Assembly: GCA_965112155.1 (NCBI GenBank)
Contig: OZ218100.1
From: Podarcis liolepis
Taxonomy: Eukaryota
Reading direction: 5' to 3' (one strand)
Length of the DNA stretch: 64,000 nucleotides
Shown here: one piece after another, positions 47,020-61,114 of the stretch
Position numbering within the stretch: position 1 is the stretch's first letter
Layout of the letters: the number at the start of each line of letters is the position of its first letter
Notes under the pieces: model-generated
Databases searched by the model: none
Seen by the model: only the letters and a program-made list of their open reading frames with translations
Told to the model about the DNA's origin: nothing
Position numbers and translations under genes: made by a program

Positions 47020-49314
47020 GTATACAGGCTTCCACTCCTTAGTAGAAGATGCAGGCTTCAAATGCAAAGCAAGAACAACCCACAGCATACATACAGCACA
47101 GAGTTCCGTATCAATCTGGCAGAGCTTCCTTGCAGCGAAGCAAAGAGGCAATGTACAGCCCCCTCTTAATATAGGCAAGAATGACCACACCCTTGGCTGG
47201 TTGCAAGATCACAGTGATCTACTTGGCTGGTTGCCAGGTCAGTGACCTTCAAACACTAATCACAAGACCTTCAGGTACAAGATAAGGGAAGCACATGCAC
47301 AAGATTTTCCTTAACAGCAATTAAAGGAACCTCAACCCCTAGTTCTTTATTCCCCCCTAATCTTAATAGGTATTGCATGAAGGTGACATTCAGGAGATAG
47401 TGCCAATTGTCTGCTAATTCTTTTTTCTAGAAGAAGCAGAAGGAAACAACAACAACACAGTGATTAATGCTACTAATATTATCAATCATTTCATTAAATT
47501 TTGACATTGGATAAGTGGTGGAAAGAGGGAGAATGCAGAGAAGAACCTTACAAGCATGTCTACAGCAGAAGTGGCTCATTGGCCAACTGTTTCTATCTGG
47601 GTCTTGGCACTCCCCCTAGGACAAACTGTCCTCCCTCAACCACTCTCCTCCTTATCTATACACCATCGTTGAATGCTTTTGTCTGGTAGGCATGTGTCCT
47701 TGAACTGTGATAATGCCAGTGGCATGCATGCCTTGAAGGCTGCTCAAGCTGAAATTAGTTTTCCACCCTTTGTTTACAATATGTAGACTGAGGGACAGGT
47801 TGAAAATGGCGACTGTTTTAGATGACAGACCACATTTCAGTTTAACACTAGTGTTCACCTGGATATAAGGAATCCTCAGATGGCTCAGGAAGTAAACTTC
47901 ATTTACACTGGGGTTTTTAAAAAATGTAAATAAGTTTATAGGAAATGTTTTAATTACATCCGCTTCTTCGTGCGGATGTGGCATATGTTGTTGTTGTTAA
48001 CTTTGCTGCCTGGTCTTTGACCACAATAAAGACTGATTGATTTGCACTGGGATAAATAGTTCCTCAGTAGAAGTTTGAGCTTTCATACAAAAGCCAATTT
48101 GAATTGGTGTTCTCTTTACTTTATGACTTCTCAGTTTGAAGCTGTATAAGCACATAATTATGTTAACCGATATAATTCTCTGATGAGTGACACACTGTTT
48201 GATCCTTGTGGCTTCTATTTTGATTTTCAAGCCATATTGATGCAGCTTCTTACTTCATTCTAGTCAGAATGAAGTAGAATCTTTATGAAGATTTTCTGTG
48301 TGTGCGTGTGTGTGTGTGTGTCCCAGTTTTACTCTCTGTGATCCTTCTGTAGTGACCCAGGATAGAACATGTGGGGCTTTCTCCTTACATAGCTTGTGAT
48401 CTACTGCTAAACTCTTCCTATCTTTAGGCTCGAGGATTTCAGACTGATTATTAAATTTAATTTAAAAATATTACATTTGAAGAGCTTCCAGATTTCTGAT
48501 TTAGCTAGTTTGGTTTGTATATGTGGCTTCTTCTCTCTCACTGAACACAATTTCCTCTGACTAAATGATAATTTATCTTAAATGTTTGCAGTTTCGTATC
48601 ACACAATTTCTTTACAAAACACACACACACAACCACCCTTAATAGATAATTAGATTTCTAATAACTCTAGTTATTATCAAGGGAATTATGCACGGGAACT
48701 CTCTTATCAGCAAAATTAAAGGGTAAAGTACTTAATACGTTATTTGATGTTTTATGTTTCAGTGATTTTTCTCTCCTTTTCTCTCTCCACACAGGAACAC
48801 CATTTGCAAAGGATGCAGGAGTATAGTCTTGTTGGTTTCTGCATTTCAGACCATATATAAATAGTACCTAGGCATACCTATATTTCTTGTTATTGTGGCA
48901 CAAACAACATATGGAATTTTCTTTTAAACACTACAGTTTTGCAAGGTAAGCTTCCTTATATCCATGCGCAGGTCTCTGAACCTAATTGTGAACCTTGCCA
49001 TCTTCCCCTGCAACACCAGAAAAACCTGGAATGGTGCTCCTGGAAAGGCTATGAATTCTTTGTCAGGGTATGATTTTCAGTTCACACATCCAAATCATTG
49101 TCAACACTCACGTCAAGCATGTGAACAGCCAAATAGTGACAGGGGCAAGAGAATCCATGCTGGAGAACCTGTCAGATCCAAATCTCTAGTGAGCAAACAC
49201 CAGCAGGGTGAAACCTTTGTCTTTGCTCTCCCTTGCTGTTCTGCACTCCTTTGTTTTTCTTTGTTGGAATTTCCCCTTCCTTTTGGTGCAATAGGAATGA
49301 AAATGTATTATTAT

Positions 49315-49635
49315 TAATCATTTTCCCCACAAAATACAATCAATAAAAGCCTAAATGTACATATATAACACATACAAAAAGGCCACAAATGCCTGAAAAC
49401 CCCCCATTTAAGGGCCAGAAGCCTGAGTAAACAGGAAAGCTTGGTGCCTGAAAATAAAGATGGAAGAAGGTATGCCACCTTGGGGAGATGATCCCTCAAA
49501 TAAGGGCCCATCACTGAGAAGGCCCGTTCTCACGTTGCCCACTTCCAAATCTCCCATAGAGGAGGTACATGAAGGACCTTAGATGACTGTTATAGGGTAC
49601 AGGTTGGTTCATGTATGGAGAGGGGTAGGTCTTCC
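49315..49635 (-). mobile_element. L2-type LINE 3' fragment
   Basis: Minus strand reads GP-YLRDHL-like sequence and the GGGCCTTCTCAGTG motif. Confidence 0.55.
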
Positions 49636-51034
49636 TCTCCGCCCATAGACAAGGAGAGCCACAATACCCTAAGCCCTCTGAGACACCTTCCCTTGGAGCA
49701 GTGGGTTGTATTCCAGTTATTTCCAGTCCACTTAAAAATACATTCCTGTGAAAATACTACAAAACATCAGTCCTTAGTTCAGTTTTTAGGCTTTTCATCG
49801 AAAGCTAATTTTCACCTGCAGTAATTGTAAAAAATTGGTGTGCAAAGTCTTTTGTAATATACCACAAATGGAGTTAAGTGAAGATTCATATGCTTTAGGG
49901 GGAGAAAGAAATGCAATCTTCTATCTTTTCTCCCTTGTTAGAATGAAAGAAGAATTATGTTTTTGAAATCCTGATATGACAAGCCATATAAACCACTGAG
50001 CATATTCCTATTTTGTTAATATTGTCAGCCACTTGGAAGATTATATTTATATGTACAAATGTTATAATGAACATCAGGAAAAATTGGAAAGAAAGGATGG
50101 ATGGATGACATTATTTCAGAGCTCCACATAATTGCATCCAGGCAGTCTATTTGCAACCATTTCTGGCCAGACAAAATGAATCTCTTTAGATGTGGAGATG
50201 CTTGTCATTTCTCTTTCAGTGAATCTTTAGTCAAACTGAGTCTCTTTGACTTGTGTTTCTGTATTGTTTGTTCTATGTTAAATTAGCAAATGAAAAATTA
50301 TCTTTGTTTCGCCATGTCAATGGAAGTTTGTTTTTGGACCCGTAGGTTCAAAGGAAATTATCTTCCCTGTTATTAATAGGATAGATTTTAAAAGAAAACC
50401 CAAATTTAGACACATAGGGTTGCATTCAACTTAGCCCCAGTCAGAGTAAGACACATTGAAATTAATAACCCTACATTAGTTGTGTCCATTAAGTTCAATG
50501 TGTAGGGCTAGTGCTGGCTGCCACCCATAGTGGTGACAAAAAGCAACTTTGCTTCCTGCTGCAAGGAGTGATTGTGGCATCTGTATTTTTCAATCTATTT
50601 TTATGTCTATTAAGATATGCATGCAAAAATGCAGCACTGTTAATCCATCTTGCTTGCACTTCAGACCCTCTCCTCTCGCCTTTCATTAAGCTAGGATTAA
50701 TGCTGTCCCAAGGTGCTGGTGATCTTGGGGAGTGATTTTTTTGCTAATAAGTATTGATTTTTTTCCTTTTAGAATTTCGCCCAAAGGGCACAAAAATGCC
50801 AATAAGGGTACTTGCTATAATCTGTGTAGTTTCTCAGATAATCTTTGCAACTAATTTTCAGATTGCCCATGTGCTTACACTTTCAACTGGATCATTGCAG
50901 CGTGTTGTTTGACCATGACTTTTTCATTTTAGGCTTACATCTTCTCATTAGGATAATGGATCATTCAAGATACAGAGTGATAAAGAAAATATCTTCTGCT
51001 CTAATGGCAGACCCTCACAAGTTATCTAGATCAT

Positions 51035-51372
51035 AGGTCAAGGGACCCCTGACCATTAGGTCCAGTCGTGGCCGACTCTGGGGTTGCGGCGCTCATCTTG
51101 CTTTATTGGCTGAGGGAGCCAGCGTACAGATTCCGGGTCATGTGGCCACCATGACTAAGCCACTTCTGGCAAACCAGAGCAGTGCACGGAAATGTCGTTT
51201 ACCTTCCTGCTAGAGCGGTACCTATTTACCTACTTGCCCTTTGACGTGCTTTCAAACTGCTAAGTTGGCAAGAGCCGGGGTCGAGCAATGGGAGCTCACC
51301 CCGTCATGGGGATTCAAACTGCCGACCTTCTGATCGGCAAGTCCTAGGCTCTGTGGTTTAACCCACAGTGCC
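51035..51372 (-). mobile_element. Sauria SINE
   Basis: Closely similar to 5954-6303 and 41097-41437. Confidence 0.92.
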
Positions 51373-51381
51373 TGGCAGGGA

Positions 51382-51473
51382 CCAACCCTCTGCAATGCTG
51401 GAATCTTTTCTCCCAACATGGGGCTTGAACCTACAACCCTGAGATTAAGAATCTCATCCAACTGAGCTATCTC
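51382..51473 (-). mobile_element. tRNA-Lys(CTT)-derived SINE or tRNA pseudogene with a CR1-like tail
   Basis: Reverse complement GATAGCTCAGTTGG-ATGAGATTCTTAATCTCAGGGTTGTAGGTTCAAGCCCCATGTTGGG resembles tRNA-Lys(CTT) with a D-arm deletion, followed by AGATTCCAGCATTGCAGAGGGTTGG. Confidence 0.7.
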
Positions 51474-51854
51474 AGGGATGGAGTTTAAGAGGCTCATCTT
51501 ATGTTATTCACCACTAATTCACAAAAGATTTCAACAAGAAATACAACATATATTTTGTTTAAAATGTAATTTTATATGTAGCAAAAGGTTCATAGGACAA
51601 CCACCTATGGAGTAGCCTCCTAGATCTCCACCTATTATATACCTTCCCTGAGCCCAACAAAACTGATGCTTCCCTAGCATCTTGCAGAGATACTTAAAAA
51701 GACTAATAGTTATAGCTGCTGTGTATATTTAATGAAAAATTGTTCATTTCATGTGGAAAAAAATACAAACACAAAACTAAGTGAAGATCTAGCTTGAATT
51801 ATATGCTCATTGTACTTGAACACACTAACTGTTAATCAGGAAAAATCAATTCTG

Positions 51855-52140
51855 AAGTTGGATACACCAGAAAAACCGGGGCATCCCATTTTTTCTCTCA
51901 CAAGAGAACAGCAGCCATTTTGGTTGCTGTGATCTCTCACAATTTTGCAGCACTGCTTCATCCATATAAGGTGCTTTTTCATGATTTTGGGTATCATGTC
52001 TGAAAAAGGTTTTTTTGGGGGGGGGTCATCATGCAAAATCATGCAAGATCATAGCAACCAAAATGGCTGCTGTGCTTTCACAATAAAAAATGGGCAGATG
52101 GCATCTGGGAAGATGGTGTCCCGGAATCTGGCTTCAAAGT
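51855..52140. repeat. Long imperfect palindrome, probably an old MITE
   Basis: CAGCAGCCATTTTGGTTGCTGTGATCT (~51910-51936) pairs with AGATCATAGCAACCAAAATGGCTGCTG (~52047-52073), with further flanking complementarity. Confidence 0.65.
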
Positions 52141-55100
52141 ATTGGAGGTGAAAATAAAGATTGCAAATAAAATAAATTTTAAATTAGAGAGTTTTTATCA
52201 AACCTATAATATTGTATTTTTTCTTTATTCTGAGTGTAAGTGTTCCTGGGATTTTCCATATGTGTTAAGCTTCCATTGAGCCAGGTGGGAATTCTAGTTG
52301 TCTGATAACACCATTTGCTTCAAGTTCCTGGCTGTTTATAATGGCTATATCGTACTTTTGCAATATTCTTTTGCCACTGCTACTTCGCTTTAACTTCTGC
52401 TTAGTACACTCTAAACTCTGATTTCATTTTATTATTAAAAAATTGTGTTACATAGTACCTAGAATATTCAATAAAGAACAGGATCCCATTATTAAAAAAG
52501 AAAGGCAGTCCTTACCTTTGTTAATTCAGAAAGGTATAAAAAAGCTAATATATATTAGTTTCTTCGATGTAAAATTGTAATTCTAAACATGCAAAAAGCA
52601 TGAATGCTTTGATCTAAAGCAGCATGAACAGAGGAACCAAGAGTGTGCGTTTTGACCCCTTTTCAACCCCTTTCTGTCAATCAGTTGTTTGGCAGACAAA
52701 GGGGTTAGGTTGGAGGGTTCCATACTCTCTCTCTCAAATAGCTAAGTGTCAGAATTTTAACCTATATGAAAAAAAAACTCTCTGCATAAAGCCCCAGCTG
52801 TTGGATCACAGAGAAGAACCATGTATGTAGCAGCTATTTGTATATAGGGTTCCCTATTTAGCTGCAGCTATGGGTACATAAACTTGTATTATTTATTTAT
52901 ATAGTGCTCAGTGACAGAACTGGTTTTAGATAGCACATGTGTTGATAGTAAGCTCCTCAGAACAGGGACTACTCTTTTGTACATTGTAAAGTGCTCTACA
53001 CACAGAAGGAGCTGTATAAATAATAAGAAATAGTAATAGGTGGGAGAGGCATTACCATCAATGACCATGCCACTGGCATATCCATTGGTACCGATGGGAT
53101 AGAAGGCAGAGAGGCCAACAGTACATGAAGCCAGAGCGAACAACGGGCAGAGCCCATTAATTCTAGGTTTGTCCCCATCCTCCTTCCTGCTGAGTTTTGC
53201 AAGGGAAACCCTTAGATGTGACAGGCCGAGCCACCCCCTGGACTGGACGCAAGTGAGAAGACAGGCAGGTGGGGGCTGGCTGAGGACAGATTGGTATGGC
53301 AGTGCCCAACTTGCCCCAACTGACCTGCCTCCATTGGGTATATCTGTGGTGGCACAATGGTTGCACTGGTGAAATGTTCCACTAACATCTCTGAGCTGTT
53401 CTACCAGGGTATCTTTTGTGATGGTGGAATAGCTTCTGTGGAAGTGGCATAGTGGGTCTTCTTCCATCTCCTAAAGGTCCTCAGCTGGAGTAACTGAAGT
53501 ACTGAATTGTGCCCCTAGGCTTCTTTTCAGTTGTGTAAAGCCAAGCAAAGTGACTATGGAAAAGGCAGAGTTGTTGTTGTTGTTGTCATCATCATCATCA
53601 TCTTTCTATATTTATACCCCACCTTCCCCCCTGTTGGGACTTATGGCTTATGAGGTGGCTTATGAGAAGGGTTTTAAAGGAAAAAAGAAATAAGGCTGAC
53701 ATCATCCAACTTTTAAAAGAGGAGTTCATCAGTATAAAGGGTAGTACAAGAGAGTGGGAGGGGCTCTGTACAAGAGCAGAAGACTTCAGGATGGCAGAAC
53801 ACAGGAAGTTACCTGATGCCAAGTCATCTAACTCTGAAGTGTCTGTAGTAACTGACAGTGACTTTGCCTCCAAGGTTTTAAAGAGGGCTCTTTCTCGATC
53901 TTACCTGGAGATGTGAGGGACTGAACAGGGGTCTCCATCATCTGTTCCACCATTGATCTATGACCCTTCATGCAGGGGAAATGGTGGAGCTGAAGGATCA
54001 GGGTCACTGACAGAGGTATAAGAGCAGAGAAATCAGAGCAGAGAAATCAGAGAGGACAAGACTGTGGACAGTTAAAAAAAAATAAGGCTAAGGAGTTCAT
54101 GCTGGATGTAGAAGAAGATTTTAAGTGCAAGGTTTTAAGGTGGGGCATCACATGGTCCCTCAACAGGAGTCAAATAATCAAAGTCTAGTGTGAATTATTG
54201 CCAAGTGCAAAAAAGAAAATCAGAATTCACAAATAAATATTATTCACAGAATGCAAAGTGAAATAATATGGAAAAATGTGTTTGATGATAATATGGAATA
54301 ATTACTTTAATGAAAAAATCAAAATGAGTATCATCCAGGAAAATAACGATTTAAACAGATGTAGATGGGGCACAAGGACAGAGGTTACATTTCAAGGGAA
54401 AGCATGGAATGATGTCAAGCAGGCTTTAAATCTGCCTTTTCTGGGAATCTTTGCTGCACTACAGCATCTGTGACGGGCCTCATGTGTAATCCAGCCAACA
54501 GTGGAGGTCAAGAGAGATCTCAATATAAATAGTGTGATAACTTGTGGAAAAGAAATATCTTGGGATGTACAGATGGAGAGCTTATAGGAGACTAAATTAA
54601 GTCAAGAAAAATGAAAATCTAATTTACTCCATGCTCCTTGTTGATGCAATTGGCACATTTTACTGGTCTCTGATAAGAATCTGAAATAAGTTAAAATTAA
54701 AAAGAAAAGACCCGCAAAAAAAGTCAGTGGAAGAAACAGAAAGCTCCCAGATAAAAGATAGCCTAGCATTATGCAGCACTATAAAGCCGAGGTGGCTTCT
54801 GAATCAGGGCGTGTTATCTGTATAGGTCAGGTACACCTGTTTGGGACAGAGCTTGCTTTAACTTTAATTCATGAAGACGGCCCTCCTTTGGCCTTCATGG
54901 TAACTCTGAAATCTTCTAGAATGCTAAAACCTAAGTTTGATTAACATCCTCCTGTAAAAAAAAATACATTGAAAGAATACTATCACGATACCAGCAAAGC
55001 CCTTTGAAATGTATGTATTCCTGTTTTCAACTAATATTCATTTGACGATATTAGCGAGTCTGCTCTTAGAAAGCATATAATGCTAAGATAATTGTACAAA

Positions 55101-55177
55101 ATGCAAGCAAATAGCAGACCTATCAACCTGAGCAATCTGATTCATTCTGATCTTGGTCGATTTCCTCTTTTGACTTT

Positions 55178-55178
<1 letters not shown>

Positions 55179-55219
<41 letters not shown>
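55179..55219. repeat. (CA)n microsatellite
   Basis: Direct reading. Confidence 0.95.
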
Positions 55220-55221
<2 letters not shown>

Positions 55222-55439
55222 TTGCCATTTTTAATTGAACAGTGCCTTCTTTCTATGCATAAAACTGATCCAAATCAAATCTATGCTGTTCTTCTCACCA
55301 TTTGATTTCCTAGGTTCCTTTGGAAGGAAGGGTAGAATATATATCGGTATATGTGTATGTGTATGTGTATGTGTTTGTGTGTGTGTGTATGCTGCATGCT
55401 GCATTCAGATGTGGAATTTATCATGCTAGTTTTACAGGT

Positions 55440-55750
55440 AATAATAATATTTTTTTATTTATACCCTACTCATCTTGCTGGGTTTCCCCGGCCATTCTGG
55501 GCGGCTTACAGCATGTATAAAAAATTGTAATACATCAGACATAAAAAACTTCATGGTACAGGGCTGCTTTCAGATGTCTTCTAAAAGTCAGATACTTGTT
55601 TATTTCCTTGACATCTGGTGGTAGGGCATACCACACGGCAGGCACCACTACCGAAAAGGCCCTCTGCCTCCTGGTAATCTTACTTCTTGCAGTGAGGGAA
55701 CTGCCAGAAGACCTTCGGAGCTGAACTTCAGTGTCTGGGCTGAACAACGG
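55440..55750 (-). mobile_element. L2-type LINE 3' end
   Basis: Minus strand RAFSVVVPAVWYALP...FRRHLKAAL (L2-type ORF2 C-terminus) plus tail motif. Confidence 0.8.
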
Positions 55751-57281
55751 TTAAAATGTTCATGCTACTGTTCTGATTTTTAATGTTTCTTTTACATTAC
55801 AGTATCTGTTTTGATATGGAACTGTGGCTTCTTGATGGACAGGCCATCATGCTGCGCTAAGTCTTAAATGGCAGGAAAGAATGGTATGCTGGGATACTGC
55901 CCCAGATTTCATGACATGGCAATGCAAAACTCCCATGATTTTTTAACAGGCTTGCAAACAGACTTTTTCTAACACAGAAATTAGGACTAAACTTCCACTA
56001 GATTCCACCAGGTTTCCAGAAGTGGCTTTTACATTGTGTGCAAGACCACATAAAACACAGATATGATCAGGTAAAGACACATCAGGAAACCAGAATAAAG
56101 TGATGTCTGTTTGCAGCCTAAGTTGTGGAGAAGACACATTGAGCACACTAAGAGATACTCAGACCTGGTAGCAGTTGGCAAATATCAGCTGCTTCTCACT
56201 CTATGAATATATCACAGGTAATGGGGGTGAGGGGCTGCCACTGACATTGGTGTAAATGAAGAGTATTTTCAATCAAGCCGCTGTAATCAGGCCAGCTTAA
56301 AGCCCATTTAAGTGAGAGACAAATCAGGTACAGTGAGTAGGTTCATACTGCAATCAATAATTCCTTGATTTCCTTGATTCACCCAAGAAGGTTAGCTGTA
56401 AAATCAATTTACAATCAAATTGGGGTGTCTTGCATTTGCAGGAGAAACAACTCTAAGTTGCCAATCAAAATCAGTTATTTCTGATCTCCTTGACAGCTTC
56501 TCGGCTTTCAAGCTATTCAGGCAGCTTAGGTTTCATTGGCAAATTAAAACAAGCAAATGTCCACTGAGACTTTGGGAGGTTTTGTTGTTTATTTTTTGCC
56601 AAATCCGACAGACTTTGATGTCCATGTCAGAAGGAGAAAGATGCTAAACAGAGTAAATAACATTTTGACTTGGGTTGACCAGGGCTGAACTGCTGGTGCT
56701 AAGGTAGGACATTGGCAAGGCACTAGACATATGTTCTACATTATTTGAAATATGTAAAATGAGAAAACAGTATGTGTCGAGGTTTCATTTTGCACCTCTT
56801 ATGATTATTTTGATCTTGCCTATCAAAAGGATATCACCTGAGCTCATTCAAAATAAGTGCTTAGAGAGGAGCAAGGAAATAAATCCAGCATAATTAGGTA
56901 TGCTCAGTGATCACACCAAGATCACCCGCCATTTCAGCTTCCCTTATGTTAGTCTTGCAGTATTATTGGGTGTGTGTGAAATATTAGAATGGGCAGATAT
57001 GGCTGGGACACTGCCAGGCAATTGAAACCAGAGGTCTATATTTATTTTGGTTTCATCACTTTTGGGGTTGAACTCTGGATGGTAGGAAAGATTGTGGCAA
57101 ATGAATGAATGAATATGTTGTGTCTCTTCTTGTCTCCCACATAATGTCCAGCAATACAAAATTTGTGATGGTTCATGCTGTAATTTTTTTTAGCCCCTAC
57201 CTCTTCATTGGCCAATCTCCCTGGGGTAAGACTCACAGTGCTGTCACATGACATCACATGACACATGGTATCTTTAGATGT

Positions 57282-57283
<2 letters not shown>

Positions 57284-57330
<47 letters not shown>
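57284..57330. repeat. (GA)n microsatellite
   Basis: Direct reading. Confidence 0.95.
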
Positions 57331-57337
<7 letters not shown>

Positions 57338-57786
57338 AAATGGGAAGCAGTGATTTCAGAAGCAACATGATACCTAATTCTAGCCTCAACAGCTATATAT
57401 TGGGGATAGTATTACTGTTTAGCATTTGTTAACACTTTCATATTTAGAAAATGTTTTAAAGTCACAAACAAAATAGTCCCACTTTATTTTAAGCTAGTCA
57501 GATGTTACCTGGAGTAGTGTGTCCAGTTTGTGGTTCCAAACTTTGACCGAACTCAAATGGGCTATAGAGGAGAGCAATGAAGGTGGTTAAGTGTGTGTGG
57601 AAAACCAGGGGTGGTCCAATACATTTTACTGCTTGAGTTTAAGGACAAGATGGAACACACACCCACACTCCCATATACAGAAGCTGACTGGTGGGCGAAT
57701 TTTATGTCAATATTGGCGATGGGGCAATGGACTCCAGTGTACCTGAGAACAACAAGCTAGATTAAGATGGTGTAGGAAAGAAAATA

Positions 57787-58035
57787 CAGTCATACCTCTA
57801 GTTGCATTAGGTTCATGTTTCGGATTTTTGGGTTGTGAATACAGCAAACCTGGAAGTGTATACTTCCAGGTTTTGCCACTTGCACCTGCACAGAAGTGTT
57901 CTGCACACTTCACGCATGCGCAGGAGTGCTCTATCGCATCATGCTCACACGCAGAAGAAGCGATCTACTAATGGACTTTTCGGGGTGTGAATGGCACCCC
58001 GAAACGGATCATGTCCATAAGTAGAGGTACCACTG
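57787..58035. mobile_element. Tc1/mariner-pogo-type MITE within an old CR1-like fragment (~57500-58470)
   Basis: TA-CAGTCATACCTCTA...TAGAGGTACCACTG-TA; flanks carry degraded CR1-like sequence (GTCCAGTTTGTGG; CTGGAGGTCTTTAAGCAGAGGCTGGAC). Confidence 0.7.
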
Positions 58036-59765
58036 TATACCACAAACAGCCCTGCCCCCCAACATCTGACTGCTTCTCCTAAGCATCTTACACATTACAC
58101 AAAAACTTCACTCTGCCCAATAGGAGGTCCATCTTGCAGAAAACAAGTCCTTTGATGAAAGGTTGTAAGAACTGAGTATTTTAACCTGAAGAAGAGAAGA
58201 CTGAAAGGCAACACAATAGCAGCCTTATGTTTAAGTGTCTTAAGGGCACTGCAAACAAGAGGGTGGAACATTCATTTTCAGCTGCCCCAAATGGCAGGCC
58301 TAGGTCTAAAAGGCATGTGTCACAGGAAGGTAGCTTTTGATTGACGTTAGAAGAAAATTCCTAATGGTGGAATCAATTTAATAGTGGAACAAAGTCGCTG
58401 GGCTGGTTGGCTCACTATCACTGGAGGTCTTTAAGCAGAGGCTGGACATCCATTGGTTGGACATATTCTATTATTTCAGGAAGTACAAAATAGGAAGGGT
58501 CACATTCAAATGCAAACTGAACCAAATTTCTCCCTCTTTTCTATTTAGCAGAAATGTCTTGAGCATCCACAAGTGCGTCTACAAACATATCAAACCCACA
58601 AAACCATGTCTATAAACTGAAATGACATCCTGGGCCACATGATTATTTGGTCTTTCATAAAGAGCTACAAAATGTTGCAGAATCAGTCAAGTGTACCACA
58701 AGTTGAAAATGCTCCAAGAATTGTGCTTTCATCTGTAGGGGCTGGATAAGCCAACATCTTTTTCATCAATTTGGCTTCTCATCACAGAGGTCAATGAATC
58801 TGACATATCATTAGCCATGTTTTGAAGAATATGTAGATATTTCCCCAAGGGGTAATTTATCAATATTATGGCACTTTCGTCCATAACGAAACTTCATTAA
58901 GCATTCATCTTTGTTCATGAGGGGCAGCCATCAAACAGTTTAAAAAAGGTCCAGCTGGTGGGATAAGGAGTTTTCTGCGATGGCATTAAGCATCTGAGAA
59001 TACCGCAATTTGCTCTTGCTGTAGCACATGAACTACAACTGACTACAATACACGTTTTCTTAAGCATTCAACAAGAGGAAATAAACTTCACCCCCCACAA
59101 CCCTTTTCAGAAGTGTCTGAACACAGCTTTATAAAGTATTATGTGCATTATTTCTGCATTCAGGACAAAGTAAGCATCATATGTAGCAGTCCTGATTTCT
59201 TAATTAGCAAATAAATTAACATGGTTAAAGGATTTGTAGGTTTGGCCATGGTTAAGGACTGTGTCTCTACAGACCCAAATCATACTTACCTTATAAAGCT
59301 TTGCATTTTTAACCAGGATTTCAAACCACAATTTGGAACGGTTTTGCAAACCCTAATTAAAAAGAAATCTAGAAAGGTTAGCCATGGTTAACTTGTTAGC
59401 GACATTAAGATTGTTAGGGGAAAGCTTAGAATTTATTGTGAAAGAGCTTGAATGTTTACTTCCAGCTTGTTCAACATGGTTAAGTTGAAATTGGGGACAA
59501 ATGTTATGTCAGCAACAGTCTTTTATGTTATCAGCAAAATTAGCCTCTTAACTTTGACCAAGATTGTGGTACTATATCCAAATCTAGGGCAAATTAGTGG
59601 CAGATCCGCTTATTTTGAGAACACACATAAAATGTACACACCAGCTTTTCTCCTGGCCACAACAGTTACTAAAATTACTGTCAACCATACTTTGATAACG
59701 CAGTTCACACATTTCATCCACACAAGTAAGCAACAACAACAATTTGTTGGTGTTTTCTTCCAATA

Positions 59766-60039
59766 CAGTGGTACCTCGCAAGACGAATGCCTCGCAAGAC
59801 GAAAAACTCACAAGACGAAAGAGTTTTTCGTTTTTTGAGTTGCTTCGCAAGACGAATTTCCCTATGGGCTTGCTTCGCAGGACGAAAATGTCTTGCGAGT
59901 TTATTTCCTTTTTCTTAAAACCCAGGGTGCATTGCTTGAAGAGGTGCAGTTGCGACTTGACCGTGCTTTGCAAGACGAAAAATTCGCAAGACGAAAAAAC
60001 TCGCAGAACGAATTAATTTCATCTTGCGAGGCACCACTG
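59766..60039. mobile_element. Tigger/pogo-like MITE with internal CGCAAGACGAA repeats
   Basis: TA-CAGTGGTACCTCGCAAGACGAA...TTCATCTTGCGAGGCACCACTG-TA. Confidence 0.88.
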
Positions 60040-61059
60040 TAAATTAATAGGTAACAAATCAAATTTAATTAGTGTTCTATACATTAACTGGTTTAGGGAT
60101 TGGGTTTATCCGTATCGCTTATCAGAATCAAACGAATACTCAGCACATTTGCCTCACAATTAAATGGTTTCCAGTTTTCTGAATCATTCTCTCACACAAG
60201 CAGTTTAAAAGATTACTACCCTGATGCATGGCTGTCTTTTAATGAGTAAGCTGTGTAAAAGGAACAGGTGTACACAGACATTTCAGCAAGTATCAAACCA
60301 TAAACATATATTAACATTGCCAAATAACTTGCCTGTCTCCCAAAATTGTCATTTGAATACAAGTGCCAAAACACCTGGTTGATGCAAAGTGTTTGGCTTA
60401 ATCCCCATAGTTTTACTACCATGTCCATAATAACATTTAGCATTGCAACTGCATGCAAAGAAACATTTCCCTAAGCAGGAGATATAGAGTTACGGCAATA
60501 GCTTAAAGAGCAACACAGATCACTTATATGAGTTAAAGCAATATAACCCCATGAGTTAACTATTACAGTTCCATCAATGCCGTGTGCTGGGACAGATAAA
60601 GAGAGCTACCATAATTAATTGCTGTCTTTTACTCTTCATTTGGCACTCAGTTTCACTTTGCATTCTCAAACATGAAATGATTCCCTTTATTACTCCATCT
60701 TACTTCCTTTATATGTCCCCACTTTGAAATTACTTAGGCCATTGAGGGCATGGTGGACTACTTATTGTGAGCTGGAATTGCAGAATGTTCTTTATTGACT
60801 GGTTTGGGAAGGGTTCCACTACAATGTTTGATGCGGCATGAAACATGAAAGCAGGCCCACAAAACTGCTCCTCTACATTTAGGGCATATTCTTAAACATG
60901 AATAATTTGGGTAAATTATAACCAAAATGTACATATGAGCAGTGCTTTTTTTTCTGGGGGGACGCAGGGGTACACATACCCCTAAACATTTTGTGAATCT
61001 AAGTTTGGCCTCATTGTGGGGCACTATTTCAATATGAGTAGGAAAATGAGAGTACTCCT

Positions 61060-61061
<2 letters not shown>

Positions 61062-61113
<52 letters not shown>
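61062..61113. repeat. (CA)n(GA)n microsatellite
   Basis: Direct reading. Confidence 0.9.

Positions 61114-61114
<1 letters not shown>

Noticed and set aside
51410-51473. Functional tRNA-Lys gene
   Set aside because: D arm partly deleted, acceptor stem degraded, and attached to a LINE-like tail.
59766-60039. CRISPR-like short repeats (CGCAAGACGAA)
   Set aside because: Irregular spacing inside a TA-flanked TIR element in eukaryotic DNA; no cas genes.
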